DNA of 64,000 nucleotides from a virus (Duplodnaviria; Caudoviricetes): IMG/VR virus record IMGVR_UViG_3300002026_000019, positions 5,684 to 69,683 of that record; one strand, 5' to 3'. Shown piece by piece: positions 33,995 to 41,740 of this stretch (position 1 is its first letter; each line of letters starts with the position of its first letter). The notes under the pieces were generated by a model. It saw only the letters and a program-made list of their open reading frames with translations, ran no database searches and was not told where the DNA came from. The position numbers and the translations under genes were made by a program.

Positions 33995-36271
33995 TCACAC
34001 TTTATGCAGAGCAGCGTACGCGTCAAACTTAACAGGCTTCTTAAATTTCGCAACCGCAGGGTTTGTTTTCTTTGTAGCTTCTTTCAACTTCAGACGTCGA
34101 CGTTGTGCCGCAGTTAGTCCATGTCCAGTGCGCACCATGTTTATCAGATACACGCGCCTGATGACAAATTGTTTGTTTGGGTTGCGCAAACCAATCTCTT
34201 CTGTTTGAAACGCACCAGTGTGTGTCCAAGCAAAAGTACCGCGCACACCCTTTCCAGCTTCTCCGGAAATAACAATGTCACCAACAAAGACAATGCCGCG
34301 TGATCCACCAACTTTTCCACGGTTTGCTTTTCCAACATACTGCGCACTCTTGTCCAAGTTTGGTGCAACGTACAACACGTCTCCCATAGAACGTCCAGTG
34401 ACTTGTGTTCCTTTGATCTTAAACCCGCAGTGTAGGATCACAGAGCCAGATTGCTCCGATGTTCCGTGATACACGTCTTGAATGACTTTGAAAGTTGATC
34501 GCTTTGCGTTTTTCAACAGTGCTGCAAGCAATGGGGTTGTTGTCAGTGACCACGCCTTAACCAGAGTACACTCTGCATTGTGACCACCCCAAATGCGTTG
34601 AGGCAATTCATCCTGCCACTCTTTCAGCACCTTTTCAGACACCGGTTTGACAGTGTATCTGCTTTCTTTCGCTGTCGTAGTACTAGCAATTCGTTCAACA
34701 AGGGCCGCGACCTCTAGCTTGAGCGGGTTCCATGCTTCAATCTCTGACGCGTATTGCTCTTTAAACGCGGCCTCATCATCCGACGTCAGGCTGTTCAAAC
34801 GCAACAATCGCTTGTCTGTCACAGTGCCGATTGCGGTGTCAAGACTTCCGCCAAACTGGTCGGACATTGCAACGGAAAACACTTTCAACTTCATCTGGTC
34901 AACGCACTTGCTGAAGACCGAACGGAACAGCTTGATAGAGCTTCCGCCGAGTGCAAGTAATACGTTGTCGACACCCATAATGGTTAGCAGTGCCGCGTTG
35001 GTCGAGTCGATCACCGCACCCAATTCAATTGAGTCAGGTTTCAACTTGCGCTGATTTGCGCGTTGCACTAGACGATGAATCAGGATACCGTCGTCGAGCT
35101 TGACCTTTGTCGTGTGACCTTCAGTGGTTGTGATGTCAACGTTTGCGCCAACATAAGGTGCCATCCACGGTTCAACTACTTTCTTCGTGGCTCCGCGCAA
35201 CTCATCGGATCGTGCAGTCAGCGTCTTCAAGACACCAGCGTACGTATCAAGCAACGTCTTCTGCTCTTTACGACCCGTAGCAGTGGTGGCTTTAGCCAAC
35301 TTGCCTTCAGCCGTTCTGATCTTGCGCTTAACAGCGTAGATACGTGAGTTGTTTGTCTGGAACGCCAGCAAGTCAGTACGACGCTTCGAGCTTCCAAACT
35401 TCGGAATAACAAACGTGAAGAATCGGTACACTTCTTCACCAACTGTGTCACGAATCTTAGTGTCCACCTGCTCACGGATGCTTGCCAGCGTCAATGTCGT
35501 AGAGGTTTTGCTCGGTGCCCAAATGCGACGACCGGCAACAAACACAACCTTTGACGTCGTAGTGCGCTTTTGAGGTTTGCAGTTTACGCGTTCGTCTTCA
35601 ATAAACGTGTCGTACATTTCTGGAAGCTGCGAGACTAGATCAGCGCCATGCTTCTTAATCAGCGCCGGAGTGACGTCTAACAACCCGATGCTAACACTCC
35701 GTTTCTTTTCTGCAACTTCTTGTGCATGCGTCTTTGAAAAGATCGCGGTCACTGCTTTTGGAACCGGACCATTTCCAGCACGTCCGGTGAATAGGTAGTA
35801 GGCAATGGCGGGAACGTACTTGGCATCAAGCGACATCACTGCGCACAGCTTTGTTGCAACAAACGAGTACGCACCGGCGATTGAACCGGACACGTCTTTA
35901 ACCAATCGAATCGGCGCATCCTTGACCGTGACACTGCGGTGCGCACGGGAGTTGTACTTCATGTCGAAGTTGCGCTCCAACACCGAACGCACCAATGCCG
36001 GAAAGCCCTTGTCGATGAACGAGGTTTCTCCGGCACGTGTTGCTTTCAACGAGGCGTTTGCAGCCTTGATAATGTCGTCAGCTTTGTAGATACCTGCACG
36101 GTTCAGCTTACTGAGAAGTACTTCGTCGTTAAGGTGGCAAAACACCACGTCACTAAACGCCTTCAACGCAACTGCGGTGATTGGGGTTTTCTCAGTAGAG
36201 TGGTCGTACCGTGGACCCGGTATCATCAAGAGTTGTTTTACCGCTGGTGCAGCCGATATTGAGAGGAGCAT
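33995..36271 (-). CDS. 758-aa protein with C-terminal PARP-like (H-Y-E) ADP-ribosyltransferase domain and leader MLLSISA
   Basis: VYHGTS...ILHCGFKI...VTGRSMGDVLYVAPNLDKSAQY...TEEIG matches PARP HGS...GL.I...[13 protein letters not shown]...KSANY...E. Confidence 0.85.
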   Translation of the reverse strand: MLLSISAAPAVKQLLMIPGPRYDHSTEKTPITAVALKAFSDVVFCHLNDEVLLSKLNRAGIYKADDIIKAANASLKATRAGETSFIDKGFPALVRSVLERNFDMKYNSRAHRSVTVKDAPIRLVKDVSGSIAGAYSFVATKLCAVMSLDAKYVPAIAYYLFTGRAGNGPVPKAVTAIFSKTHAQEVAEKKRSVSIGLLDVTPALIKKHGADLVSQLPEMYDTFIEDERVNCKPQKRTTTSKVVFVAGRRIWAPSKTSTTLTLASIREQVDTKIRDTVGEEVYRFFTFVIPKFGSSKRRTDLLAFQTNNSRIYAVKRKIRTAEGKLAKATTATGRKEQKTLLDTYAGVLKTLTARSDELRGATKKVVEPWMAPYVGANVDITTTEGHTTKVKLDDGILIHRLVQRANQRKLKPDSIELGAVIDSTNAALLTIMGVDNVLLALGGSSIKLFRSVFSKCVDQMKLKVFSVAMSDQFGGSLDTAIGTVTDKRLLRLNSLTSDDEAAFKEQYASEIEAWNPLKLEVAALVERIASTTTAKESRYTVKPVSEKVLKEWQDELPQRIWGGHNAECTLVKAWSLTTTPLLAALLKNAKRSTFKVIQDVYHGTSEQSGSVILHCGFKIKGTQVTGRSMGDVLYVAPNLDKSAQYVGKANRGKVGGSRGIVFVGDIVISGEAGKGVRGTFAWTHTGAFQTEEIGLRNPNKQFVIRRVYLINMVRTGHGLTAAQRRRLKLKEATKKTNPAVAKFKKPVKFDAYAALHKV

Positions 36272-36275
36272 GATT

Positions 36276-36638
36276 TTATCCTTGCGGTGCCATGTACAAA
36301 ATGGTGGCCTCACGTCCAACGACGTCGAGTGCGAGTCCCGAGATTCCAGCCACCATATCAACGGTCTGAACTTCAAGACCAACCTTTTCAGCGACACGGC
36401 GCAGAACCTTCAAAATGTAGTTGCGACGTTCGATGCGGTGTGCGTCGTTTGGCAACGCAAACGTGTAGGTGCGCACGCCATTAACAACAGTGTGAGAAAC
36501 GATTTTCCCACCTGTCGGTCTCAGCTGACCAACGACGTTGCCACTTGCTTTGCGTAGGAACATGGAGGGGCCGGTCTGTGCAATCAACGGGAAAATGTCG
36601 TCAGGACACTTCGCCGAAAGCGATATAAGCATTTTCAT
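36276..36638 (-). CDS. Leader-bearing hypothetical protein (MKMLISLSA)
   Basis: Strict leader; coupled to neighbours. Confidence 0.75.
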   Translation of the reverse strand: MKMLISLSAKCPDDIFPLIAQTGPSMFLRKASGNVVGQLRPTGGKIVSHTVVNGVRTYTFALPNDAHRIERRNYILKVLRRVAEKVGLEVQTVDMVAGISGLALDVVGREATILYMAPQG

Positions 36639-36640
36639 GG

Positions 36641-36847
36641 CTACACCTTTGGCCCAGTACTTTCACGGCCCAAGTTGTATGCTGCAAGCAACGCGTTCTT
36701 GATTCCGGTGACAGAGCAGTCATGGAAGTCCAGACGATCACTGTTCTGAACTTTCAACGTGTCGACCATCAGATGCTTCTTTGCAATTGCCTCAAACTTC
36801 TTGTTGAGGGAGACCGGAAGCTTTTCAATGCTGATAACTGTTTTCAT
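36641..36847 (-). CDS. DUF6900-like protein with leader MKTVISI
   Basis: IAKKHLMVDTLKVQNSDRLDFHDCSV...ALLAAYNLG; start reassigned to MKTVIS. Confidence 0.75.
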   Translation of the reverse strand: MKTVISIEKLPVSLNKKFEAIAKKHLMVDTLKVQNSDRLDFHDCSVTGIKNALLAAYNLGRESTGPKV

Positions 36848-36869
36848 GTTAGAGTCCGTAATGAATGAT

Positions 36870-37502
36870 CTATCTGACGTACTTATATTTGGCGGTTGGG
36901 GTTGGGCGCTCAAAGCCAAACCGGACAGTTGGGTCATACTTGCTTGATTGTTTCTTGTGAACCGTCTCAACTTTGTAAAGGCGACGAACAATAAATTGTC
37001 TACTCGGATCAACCAAACCGACTTCGTCAGCGTAGACACTGTCAGCAACATACTGATAACTGCCGACGTCTCGCGGTTTTCTCACAGGGTTTCCACTGAC
37101 AATCAGGTCTCCATGAAAGACGTACCCTTCTTGCGGCTTCTCCCAACTGTCGGCGTTCTCTGGAATACGTCGCATAACGTGGAACGCTGCCCTATCTAAG
37201 TGGGCTGCCACATAAAACGTCTTACCTAGATGCCCACCGCTAGAGGCATCCATGCGAAATCCTGAACTCAGGATACTCTTAGCGTTCGCAATAGAAGTCC
37301 CATGAAACCCATCGTATAAAACTTTCAGGTTTAGCCCCATGTCAGTGTTATTCTTTATGACTTGAAGCTGACTCTCATTAGGGGACACGTACCAACCGTC
37401 AACGATAGTCGGAACAACGTTCCAACCGAAATTTAGGAATTTCGCTAGGTCCGCGTTCCAAGACTTTAAAACGTCAGGGGTGACTTTCATTATGGTGAAC
37501 AT
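36870..37502 (-). CDS. Stand-alone PARP-like ADP-ribosyltransferase domain (paralog of the 33995 C-terminus)
   Basis: GFHGTS..AKSILSSGF...GKTFYVA...GDLIVSG...DEVGL.DPSRQFIVRRLY aligns with the large ART. Confidence 0.8.
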   Translation of the reverse strand: MFTIMKVTPDVLKSWNADLAKFLNFGWNVVPTIVDGWYVSPNESQLQVIKNNTDMGLNLKVLYDGFHGTSIANAKSILSSGFRMDASSGGHLGKTFYVAAHLDRAAFHVMRRIPENADSWEKPQEGYVFHGDLIVSGNPVRKPRDVGSYQYVADSVYADEVGLVDPSRQFIVRRLYKVETVHKKQSSKYDPTVRFGFERPTPTAKYKYVR

Positions 37503-37503
37503 A

Positions 37504-37539
37504 TTAAAACCTACATCCAATGAAGTTGTTGAAGCCGTT
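37504..37539 (-). repeat. Stranded duplicate of the last 11 codons plus stop of the 38798 gene
   Basis: Encodes NGFNNFIGCRF* versus NGFNNFIGRRF* at 38798-38833. Confidence 0.85.
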
Positions 37540-37541
37540 GA

Positions 37542-37703
37542 TTACGACTGCCGTGCTTGTTTCCGGGGGCAATCACTTTTGTCACAGTAGCGAATCGCTA
37601 CAGCACAATTGCAGTTGTTTGCAACTCTCTTTTCAACGATTGGTTTTGGAATCATTGGAGGGCTGTCTGACTTACTGACTGTTCGAGGTACCTTAATTTT
37701 CAT
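37542..37703 (-). CDS. 53-aa ORF coupled to the endonuclease gene
   Basis: MKIKVPRTVSKS...CNC...CDKSDCPRK; ATGA overlap. Confidence 0.45.
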   Translation of the reverse strand: MKIKVPRTVSKSDSPPMIPKPIVEKRVANNCNCAVAIRYCDKSDCPRKQARQS

Positions 37704-38740
37704 TTTTGACTGTCCAGAAACGGGTTGGAAACAGCAACAGACCGTAGCCTAGTTTCAAGCTTTGGGTTTAACAAGCACAAGGAGTCTAGCATTTTCTGTC
37801 TCGGGAGATTGAACCACCCTGTCGGAACATTCAACACGACTTTGTTGTGGATCAAGATCAACCGAAACTCGTACCCTTGTTTCAGGCACGCACGAGCCTT
37901 TGCCACCGTCTTGCGATAGTCGACGCTCAACAAGGTGAAGATGCTCTTCACTTCAATCAACCTGTTCTTCGGTGCGTAGTAGAAGTCTGGATAGTAAGTC
38001 CGAATCTTGCTGGCGTACCGGTACCGAATGTTTGGTGTTCCTTCAGCCTTGCTTGTAGACAACTTGCCGGGAATGAAGCCGGGCCGAGATTCAAGGTACT
38101 TCAAGGCTGCGTCTTCATACCCCTGACACTGAACAACACGTTCTCCAAACTCAACTGTCTTCAGCCTAGGTCCGCCGACAGCGTAATCACACTTCGGACA
38201 ACCAGCGTTCCGCACTACGGTTTTGGAAATGAATGGCTTACGAGTGAATTCCTCACCACACGTGCAACGGTGTTTGACAGCAGTGCGAAACCCTCGATAA
38301 GGTTCGGCAAGCGTGATGTGGGGGAACTCTTGTGCAAGGCGCGAAACGTACTCGTCTGCAAAATCTTGATGCTTGCAGGTCGGGCAGTTCGACGTCCCAA
38401 GCTCGACCGATTTCGGAATAGCCTCGAACCTTGTTTGACAGACTGTGCACTCAAACGTACACCAACCACCAATGATTCGATAGTTGATCGGGCGGAGAGT
38501 GCTTTTGAGTTTCTTCAACCGATTCAAAAACTCTGCAACCGGTATTGATTGCTGCGGACCTTGACACTTGCACACAGTCTTGGTTGTCGCAAGCCACAAC
38601 GTTGTTCGGTTTGAATAAACCGCTTTGCAGTGTAAGCATTTGAAGGTGCACTTCTTTGTGTAGCCAGCATACTCAAGAAGCTCAACCGTTTTAGGGAGGC
38701 GCTTCTTGATTTCTTTTAAACTCACGGATACGTTGGGCAT
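37700..38740 (-). CDS. Zn-ribbon repeat plus PD-(D/E)XK endonuclease (free-standing homing-endonuclease-like)
   Basis: Repeated CxC/CxxC...CPxC units, QGYEDAAL, YYPDFY...LIEVKS. Confidence 0.82.
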   Translation of the reverse strand: MPNVSVSLKEIKKRLPKTVELLEYAGYTKKCTFKCLHCKAVYSNRTTLWLATTKTVCKCQGPQQSIPVAEFLNRLKKLKSTLRPINYRIIGGWCTFECTVCQTRFEAIPKSVELGTSNCPTCKHQDFADEYVSRLAQEFPHITLAEPYRGFRTAVKHRCTCGEEFTRKPFISKTVVRNAGCPKCDYAVGGPRLKTVEFGERVVQCQGYEDAALKYLESRPGFIPGKLSTSKAEGTPNIRYRYASKIRTYYPDFYYAPKNRLIEVKSIFTLLSVDYRKTVAKARACLKQGYEFRLILIHNKVVLNVPTGWFNLPRQKMLDSLCLLNPKLETRLRSVAVSNPFLDSQK

Positions 38741-38764
38741 TCTATACTCCTTTGAATTCTCTTC

Positions 38765-38774
38765 AAATTAGTAT
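38765..38774 (-). promoter_or_regulatory. CTAATTT motif driving the endonuclease gene
   Basis: ATACTAATTT lies 25 nt before ATG 38740. Confidence 0.55.
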
Positions 38775-38797
38775 TTACATTTATCCGTGTTGCTGAA

Positions 38798-39931
38798 TTA
38801 AAAGCGTCTTCCAATAAAATTATTGAATCCGTTCACTCGGGTCGTGGGCGCGTTGATGACTGACAGGACACCTGTTGCATACGGGTTGCGCATTTGAGTT
38901 GCGCCAATAGAACCGTCACCAGAGAAGAACCCTTGCGCGGTGATCTGCTTCTTGAGTGGAACCACGGTGTCTTGAATGCGTGCTTCAATGCGACCGAGTG
39001 CAGAATCCAATTGCGGTGTGCGGTCAACGTTTAGTGAGACACCTTGACCGCTGAAGTCAAATGCCAACGACCCCTCGGCCATAAGCTGTGCACCCAACGC
39101 CCAATAGGTCGTGCAGATGATCCACGCGTCAAGCAACATCCCTTGCATATTCGTACCGGTAAACCCGGTCGGCATTCCCGTCATGTTGAACATGTACAAA
39201 CCACGTTCTAGATAACCGACTAGGTCGCCTGACGTGTATTCAAGTTCAGGGATGATGTTTTCAATGCGTGACTTGTTGAGGAAGTCTTCAACCAACGTCA
39301 TTGCCAACGCGATCTGCGGGGTGATGTTCCAGTACTTGAATGAATAGGATTTCGGGCGACCTCTGACGGTGGCGCGAAGCATGAGAAGGTTTGGCTTCAA
39401 CGACGGTGGAATGTCGATTGCAGGTATCAAGATAGCAGTTCGATCAAACCCTGCGTTCACAGTCACGTCAGCATCAGCCAACGATTTAGGTGACAGCAGT
39501 TGCTCGTTGTTTCCTGAGTAGATTTGATACGTTCCGTTCATTGCTGGAGTGTAACTCAACGGCACTGAAAACTCAGCAATCGTGTCACCAGTCAGCAAAA
39601 CGATTTCGCTGTCGCGTCTATCTGCTTTCGGATCGACAAGCAAGTTGTCGAAGAACTGGTACTTCTCACCGTCAGACGACAAACACCGCCATCGGAGGCG
39701 GTATTCTGTGGTCTGTGTCACGCCAAGCTCAGGCAACACAATTGCGGATTCCCATTGACCGGGCGTAGCGGTTGGCACCGCATTGTACTGTGCGATGACA
39801 GATTTATCTTGGTCTAGCAACGTCACCTTCGGAAATCCGGGACGTGGCACGACTGGACTGTCATTGTCGTCCAAAATATCTAGGTCGACTGTCAACGCTG
39901 AACCATCCATAGCTCTAAATGCCATGACCAA
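38798..39931 (-). CDS. Putative head-tail connector/neck protein
   Basis: Ig-like beta-rich N-terminus; C-terminal AFDFSGQGVSLNVDR resembles adaptor proteins. Function is inferred. Confidence 0.55.
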   Translation of the reverse strand: MVMAFRAMDGSALTVDLDILDDNDSPVVPRPGFPKVTLLDQDKSVIAQYNAVPTATPGQWESAIVLPELGVTQTTEYRLRWRCLSSDGEKYQFFDNLLVDPKADRRDSEIVLLTGDTIAEFSVPLSYTPAMNGTYQIYSGNNEQLLSPKSLADADVTVNAGFDRTAILIPAIDIPPSLKPNLLMLRATVRGRPKSYSFKYWNITPQIALAMTLVEDFLNKSRIENIIPELEYTSGDLVGYLERGLYMFNMTGMPTGFTGTNMQGMLLDAWIICTTYWALGAQLMAEGSLAFDFSGQGVSLNVDRTPQLDSALGRIEARIQDTVVPLKKQITAQGFFSGDGSIGATQMRNPYATGVLSVINAPTTRVNGFNNFIGRRF

Positions 39932-39943
39932 ACTCCTATGTGT

Positions 39944-40204
39944 TTATGCTGCTGCCGCGTCATCGACTTGCTTTCTATTTGGCAACAAGTCGTTTCGCAT
40001 GAGGTACTCAAGTGCTTTCTCCGCAGTATCAGAACGCCCCTGTGAGCGTAGTTCTGCTACCATCCCGAGAATCAAGACAACCAAATCGTCAGAAGTTCGT
40101 AGGGCGGCCATTGCTGCAAAGCACACTTGCTCAAATTCTTTTTCAAGTTGCTGACACCGTTGACTGTTAGCGGCCAACAGGCTAAAGTCTTTTAAAGAGG
40201 TCAC
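39944..40204 (-). CDS. Hypothetical protein
   Basis: 86-aa ORF. Confidence 0.5.
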   Translation of the reverse strand: MTSLKDFSLLAANSQRCQQLEKEFEQVCFAAMAALRTSDDLVVLILGMVAELRSQGRSDTAEKALEYLMRNDLLPNRKQVDDAAAA

Positions 40205-40294
40205 TGTATTGCCCCTAGTGCACAGAGTTCTTAGTTATTCTGCTCTGATCACCGTCCGTGCAGGTCTCTAACCGGACCCGCGTTTACGCTTCTG

Positions 40295-41308
40295 TTATAC
40301 CTTCAAGCCAGTGCTCGAACCAGCATCGCTACCGTAAATCAAAGAACGCAGGTGACTATTGAAATCACCCGTTGGAACTGGCGTGATGTAATCCTGTTCT
40401 TGCAACCAGCCGAACACATACCCGTTGTCCGGAATGCGTCCACGGTTTGCCAATGCTGCATACAACTGTTGCCACTCTGCGACTGCCTGACTATTGGAAT
40501 CTTGGTCGTGGCGTTGAACCATGTCAGTAAGACTTTCATGGAACATGTCCAAAACCTTTTCCTCAACTTCAGGTAATAGCTTAGAGGTATTGCGAATATA
40601 CATGCAAAAGTACAGAAGTGTTTCTGCCGTGATGTGCTTGACGCTAATCAGATGCGGTGCGCTGGCCCACACATGGCGGTTGTAAATCCACAAGTGGTAC
40701 GGCGTGCGCATCATCAAGTTGTACAGAGGTTTCATGTACAAACTGCTGTACATAATCTCTGGACGGAGGTTTGCGTAGTTTGCACTGTAGTCAGCGTTGG
40801 TCGTCATGTAGCGGTTGTTGACTGCAAAGCTCTTCGTCACCGCTCCAAGTAGGTAGTAGACGTACCGTGGTGTCATCATGTCATAGCGCAGACCGTACTC
40901 CCCGGCCTGTGAGTGCGTGACACCGATAGTCAGAAACTTCCCATCGCGGTTTCCCCACGCGACCATGTTGATGCCGCGCAGACTGCTAAACGTGACAACG
41001 CTGCCAGCATCATAGCGAGCAGCGTTGAGTGCGAAAGTGAACAGCCACGTACAAGACTGTGGTGCATTCTCTTTTGCTGGAGCAGTGCAAATTCCGTACG
41101 AGAAGTCAGTGTGAGTGCAAGTCACATTGACCAGCGTGAACCAGTTCTTCCCGCTACGGAAGTGTGGCGTCTTGTAAAGCAGTGGTGCAATGAACTCAAA
41201 CAAGTTGCCGATGTCGACATACTGATTCCGTATGATTGACGCCAGCGTCCCGCTACTCACAGGCAACACTTCCAACTCGAAATCATAAGGTGCATGTCGA
41301 TATTTCAT
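40295..41308 (-). CDS. Hypothetical aromatic-rich protein
   Basis: 337-aa ORF coupled to the hemerythrin gene. Confidence 0.7.
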   Translation of the reverse strand: MKYRHAPYDFELEVLPVSSGTLASIIRNQYVDIGNLFEFIAPLLYKTPHFRSGKNWFTLVNVTCTHTDFSYGICTAPAKENAPQSCTWLFTFALNAARYDAGSVVTFSSLRGINMVAWGNRDGKFLTIGVTHSQAGEYGLRYDMMTPRYVYYLLGAVTKSFAVNNRYMTTNADYSANYANLRPEIMYSSLYMKPLYNLMMRTPYHLWIYNRHVWASAPHLISVKHITAETLLYFCMYIRNTSKLLPEVEEKVLDMFHESLTDMVQRHDQDSNSQAVAEWQQLYAALANRGRIPDNGYVFGWLQEQDYITPVPTGDFNSHLRSLIYGSDAGSSTGLKV

Positions 41309-41311
41309 AGA

Positions 41312-41722
41312 TCACCTTGGTTGTTTTTGATAGTACTCAACAAACTGTCGGTCATAGGAGTCAAAGTGCGTCAACAGAACTTGCGTCAGTGCCGACACCG
41401 GATTGTACTTACCGAAGCTCAGTAATGAGGACTCTATGATGTACTTGTAAGCGTCTGCGACCTGCTTCCTCAGATCGTCATGCGTCTTACAATGGTGAAA
41501 GACAAAAGGGTAGGTGGTTTCCTTGATTATACCTTCTTCTCTTTCAATATGCTCATTCATAACCTGAATAAGCTCGTCAAAGATTTGCACCAACAACGAC
41601 TTATCAAGTGTCTTACGTGCGGAGTCCGCAAGTGTCAGCATTCGGAAGTGGTCATTGTCAATTGGCTCAACGCCCAACTTGTAGACGTCGTACCTAAGAT
41701 GAATTGCGTCCTCTTGTATCAT
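41312..41722 (-). CDS. Bacteriohemerythrin-like protein
   Basis: LGVEPIDNDH...EHIEREE...YP..FHHCKTH...LTHFDSYD: complete H, HxxxE, HxxxH, HxxxxD di-iron ligand set. Confidence 0.85.
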   Translation of the reverse strand: MIQEDAIHLRYDVYKLGVEPIDNDHFRMLTLADSARKTLDKSLLVQIFDELIQVMNEHIEREEGIIKETTYPFVFHHCKTHDDLRKQVADAYKYIIESSLLSFGKYNPVSALTQVLLTHFDSYDRQFVEYYQKQPR

Positions 41723-41740
41723 TTACAGCACCTTAGAGTT

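Larger units (their letters stand above)
37540..38833 (-). mobile_element. Homing-endonuclease-like cassette inserted at the 3' end of the 38798 gene
   Basis: Bounded by duplicated coding ends; carries a recoded gene end, its own promoter motif and a Zn-ribbon PD-(D/E)XK nuclease. Confidence 0.7.

Noticed and set aside
26240-36638. Leader interpreted as a DNA repeat, recombination cassette or translational enhancer
   Set aside because: Beyond ATG AAA the codons differ, including AGY/TCN Ser switches; only 30473 and 31925 share a longer DNA match.
23581-36847. Leader interpreted as a Sec/Tat/lipoprotein signal peptide
   Set aside because: The hydrophobic stretch is only 3-5 residues with no h-region, twin-Arg or lipobox Cys, and the bodies are basic cytoplasmic-type proteins.
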